The notes under the pieces were generated by a model that was not told the DNA's origin, did not search any database, and worked only from the letters and a program-made list of their open reading frames with translations. A DNA stretch of 64,000 bases from Candidatus Saccharimonadota bacterium (GTDB taxonomy: Bacteria > Patescibacteriota > Saccharimonadia > Saccharimonadales > JACDBH01). The translations under genes were made by a program, and so were the position numbers. The stretch lies in assembly GCA_013694995.1 (NCBI GenBank), contig JACDBH010000006.1, positions 21,435 to 85,434 of the forward strand, read 5' to 3'. Shown piece after piece: positions 61,756-64,000 of the stretch. Within the stretch, counting starts at the first letter, position 1; each line of letters begins with the position of its first letter.

Positions 61756-62208
61756 CTAGCGGCGTTTTGCTGACTTCTTGCGCTTTTTACCGGCCGCGGA
61801 TTTTTTGCCGGAAGTTTTCTTTACTGGTTTCTTGGCAGCTATAGCTTTAGTACTTGCCTGGCTTGCGGGAGCCGCAACGACAGCGTCAGAAGATACACCG
61901 GCTTCATCCTGGATTAGTTTCCTAGCTACTAGTATGACAAAAATAAGGACGGCCAAGGCAATACCGCCCCACATGAATGCAGAAGAGAAGTTATTGTCGA
62001 CAGCTCGGTTTACACCTGTAACCCGTTCGCCGGTTTCGGTAACGTTCAGATCGGTTGCTTGCTGCTGGTTCAATACTTCATCGGTTGCGGCTGACTGGAA
62101 ATCACTTGCATTAGAGGAGCCGGGGTATTCGGTTGCGGCTTGAGGATTATCAGTCTCGGTGACGTTCTGAGTACTGTAAATTGCATCGTTAGATTGATTT
62201 TGTTCCAC
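61756..62208 (-). CDS. single-pass membrane protein with a Lys-rich histone-H1-like C-terminal tail
   Basis: A central TM (GIALAVLIFVILV). C-terminus AAKKPVKKTSGKKSAAGKKRKKSAKRR. Confidence 0.5.
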   Translation of the reverse strand: MEQNQSNDAIYSTQNVTETDNPQAATEYPGSSNASDFQSAATDEVLNQQQATDLNVTETGERVTGVNRAVDNNFSSAFMWGGIALAVLIFVILVARKLIQDEAGVSSDAVVAAPASQASTKAIAAKKPVKKTSGKKSAAGKKRKKSAKRR

Positions 62209-62233
62209 TTTATATAATTCCTTTTACTTGCCC

Positions 62234-62695
62234 TTATTGTACCGTAAGTATGCCTTCATGTGAGGATAATAAATGATTATGGAAACCCCACTCCCCAGTT
62301 TTCTCCACACTAAAGGTCATTGTCTGGCCAGCCCTTACAACACCAACATTCAGTTCCGAGTTGCCGGTGTGGATAGGGTGCTCGTCGGATGCGAAATCAA
62401 GTGAGCGAGAAGAATCGTTCTTTATAGTAATCGTCTTGCCTGCAGTGACCGAATATGTATCCTCCTCAAAACCGCTATCGGTGTAGATTATGGTCAAGGC
62501 AGCCATTTCGGTGCTTGTCTCGGTGGATGTTTCGGCTTCAGATCCAAGTTCCTGGCCGTCGGCAGATTGTTCCGCCGTTTCAGTATTGATTGTAGGCGTT
62601 ATGCTTGCATCATCATTGTCATCTGGGCGCAGGGCAAAAACAGTCACCGCGCCTATAATAATTAGCCCGGCGATAATTATAACTGCTTTTTTCAT
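62234..62695 (-). CDS. membrane-anchored cupredoxin-fold-like protein
   Basis: N-terminal TM, an acidic linker and a beta-domain (KTITIKNDSSRSLDFASDEHPIHTG...GFHNHLLSSHEGILTV) with His residues but no Cys. Confidence 0.5.
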   Translation of the reverse strand: MKKAVIIIAGLIIIGAVTVFALRPDDNDDASITPTINTETAEQSADGQELGSEAETSTETSTEMAALTIIYTDSGFEEDTYSVTAGKTITIKNDSSRSLDFASDEHPIHTGNSELNVGVVRAGQTMTFSVEKTGEWGFHNHLLSSHEGILTVQ

Positions 62696-63399
62696 GTCTT
62701 CTCCTTTATTGTTCTATTATTCATTTGCTTAAAATTATGAAAGTACTGATACATTAGGCAACTTAAAAGAATAATCGCGTAGAAAATCCATACAACTCGA
62801 AACCAGCCGGACTGGAGATGTTGCCCCAAGGCAAAGCCATGGATAAGAATCAGCACCATGGCTAAATCGCTCAAGGCTTGCAGCCACGGCTTCCAACGCT
62901 TACCGATATCAAACCGCGTCAATTCGTAACTGAGAAACAAAAAGAAGCTTAAAGTCCCAAGTAATGCCGCCCACTTCAGCATTGGGTCGACATAATTATT
63001 AAGGAAACTGCCCGGAGGCGGACCGAATCCATCGAGAAATAATCGGCCTATTAACAAGCTGGGGTGCAGCAGCAGGACTGCCAGCGCAACCCAACTTGTA
63101 ATTTTAAAGTACTGTTTAGTCAGTCCTTTTTCCATCCCTAAAACTTGGCGCAAAACCGAAACAATATAGTGGCTCAAAAAAATACTAAAAGCCAGCAGTC
63201 CAAATAGCGGGAAAAGTTTATACGCACTGAGACGGCTCAAATCCCAATCAATTCCTTGCAGAAAAACCAATACAGCAACCAGGCACAACGTGCTAGTAAT
63301 AAACCATGCTGTCCTCTGGAATTGGCTTGCGGTAAGTCTCATACCTACAAGGTATAATATCAAAGATAATGGTAAGAAAGGTGAAAAACGCAGTTGCAT
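62692..63399 (-). CDS. polytopic membrane protein with conserved-looking intramembrane His residues
   Basis: About 6 TM. His residues in FLSHYIV, LLLHPSL and LILIHGFALGQHL, reminiscent of ferric-reductase/cytochrome-b-like heme ligands. Overlaps the downstream cupredoxin-like gene by 4 nt. ATG at 63342 is an alternative start. Confidence 0.5.
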   Translation of the reverse strand: MQLRFSPFLPLSLILYLVGMRLTASQFQRTAWFITSTLCLVAVLVFLQGIDWDLSRLSAYKLFPLFGLLAFSIFLSHYIVSVLRQVLGMEKGLTKQYFKITSWVALAVLLLHPSLLIGRLFLDGFGPPPGSFLNNYVDPMLKWAALLGTLSFFLFLSYELTRFDIGKRWKPWLQALSDLAMVLILIHGFALGQHLQSGWFRVVWIFYAIILLSCLMYQYFHNFKQMNNRTIKEKT

Positions 63400-64000
63400 C
63401 AGAAGACACAGCCCGCCTGGCTGCCAATCATCTTGCTAAAAACGACCCCGTGTTAGCGCCGCTCATCGAACAATTTGGGCTGTGCACCATCCGCCCGCAT
63501 CAGGATTATTACCGAGAACTGGTCGAGAGTATTGTCGGACAGCAACTTAGCGTCAAGGCTGCCGCTAGCATTCGTAAGAAGTTCCTAGAGCTGTTCGGCG
63601 GCACATTCCCAGAACCTGAACTTTTATTACAAAAATCCGTTGAAGAGCTACGATCGGTCGGCTTTTCGGGCGCTAAAGTCCGATATGTGCAGGACCTGGC
63701 CCAGAACGTCTTGGAGGGCAAAGTGAAATTCGAAGAGATAGATGAATTAAGCAACAAGTCTGTCGTGAGTGAACTGACTGCCGGTAAAGGCATTGGCGAG
63801 TGGACGGCACATATGTTTTTGATGTTCTGCATGGGACGTTTGGACGTACTCCCAGTTGGTGACTTAGGTATCAGAAACGGCATCCAGCGGCTGTATGGAT
63901 TATCCACCTTGCCTGGCCCAGACGAGATTAAAGCGGTCGCCATTCAAGGCAATTGGCACCCTTATGAGTCCATAGCTGCTTGGTATATCTGGCAGTCGCT
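63369..64000 (+). CDS. alkA: DNA-3-methyladenine glycosylase II (AlkA-like, HhH-GPD), 3' end runs off the window
   Basis: Manual translation: ...LIEQFGLCTIRPHQDYYRELVESIVGQQLSVKAAASI...GKGIGEWTAHMFLMFCMGRLDVLPVGDLGIRNG... (HhH motif plus catalytic Asp). Start uncertain (ATG 63369 or GTG 63381). Confidence 0.75.
   Translation, partial: MVRKVKNAVASEDTARLAANHLAKNDPVLAPLIEQFGLCTIRPHQDYYRELVESIVGQQLSVKAAASIRKKFLELFGGTFPEPELLLQKSVEELRSVGFSGAKVRYVQDLAQNVLEGKVKFEEIDELSNKSVVSELTAGKGIGEWTAHMFLMFCMGRLDVLPVGDLGIRNGIQRLYGLSTLPGPDEIKAVAIQGNWHPYESIAAWYIWQS

Noticed and set aside
63509-63943. 144-aa minus-strand ORF
   Set aside because: It is antisense to the clearly recognisable AlkA-like HhH-GPD coding frame. 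It is a Ser/Pro/Leu-rich shadow ORF.
1-64000. Searched by eye for CRISPR arrays, transposase/integrase/recombinase genes, reverse transcriptase (DGR/retron), restriction-modification enzymes and large ATPase/nuclease defence genes
   Set aside because: None was recognised. The only significant repeats are the 117-nt tRNA leader pair and the 19-bp direct repeat. No ORF carries DDE, tyrosine-recombinase, RT (YxDD) or helicase/nuclease signatures.

Overview
The window is a densely coded bacterial chromosome segment, moderately AT-rich by eye. I count about 85 plausible protein genes on both strands and 3 tRNA genes. I recognise no rRNA, CRISPR array, transposase, integrase or phage module. Housekeeping genes are tilS (5' edge, partial), dus, a murC-like ligase, a MazG-like gene, an AlkA-like glycosylase (3' edge, partial), prolyl aminopeptidase and two ABC-2 exporters. 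The rest is mostly small membrane-anchored orphan proteins. Sensing genes are three PAS/HisKA kinases and two receiver-only response regulators. A copper module comprises a DUF4396-CsoR-DUF305 operon with a promoter-overlapping operator, plus a cupredoxin operon. Envelope and redox genes include CcdA/thioredoxin and a PAP2-kinase-flippase-like fusion. There are also secreted glycan-active proteins (a GH10 and a beta-helix/CBM protein). All three tRNAs carry a CAT anticodon: initiator, elongator Met and a probable Ile2. Gene content suggests a small-genome, Gram-positive-type or CPR (Saccharibacteria-like) organism with some actinobacterial-flavoured genes. That placement is inference and needs a database search. 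The items most worth a second look: (1) four tandem WhiB-like Fe-S regulator paralogs next to an FtsB/DivIC-like gene; (2) an orphan, divergent PafA/Dop-family (Pup ligase/deamidase-like) gene with no proteasome, Mpa or Pup nearby; (3) a 117-nt element, about 95% identical, directly upstream of two different CAT-anticodon tRNAs 40 kb apart; (4) a ~1.1-kb ORF-poor, hairpin-dense segment bracketed by a 19-bp direct repeat, containing a 23-aa hydrophobic mini-ORF and a 159-nt rod-like hairpin; (5) an 802-aa PAP2 / kinase-like / LPG-synthase-TM-like triple fusion. All functional calls rest on motif recognition by eye. No searches were run.
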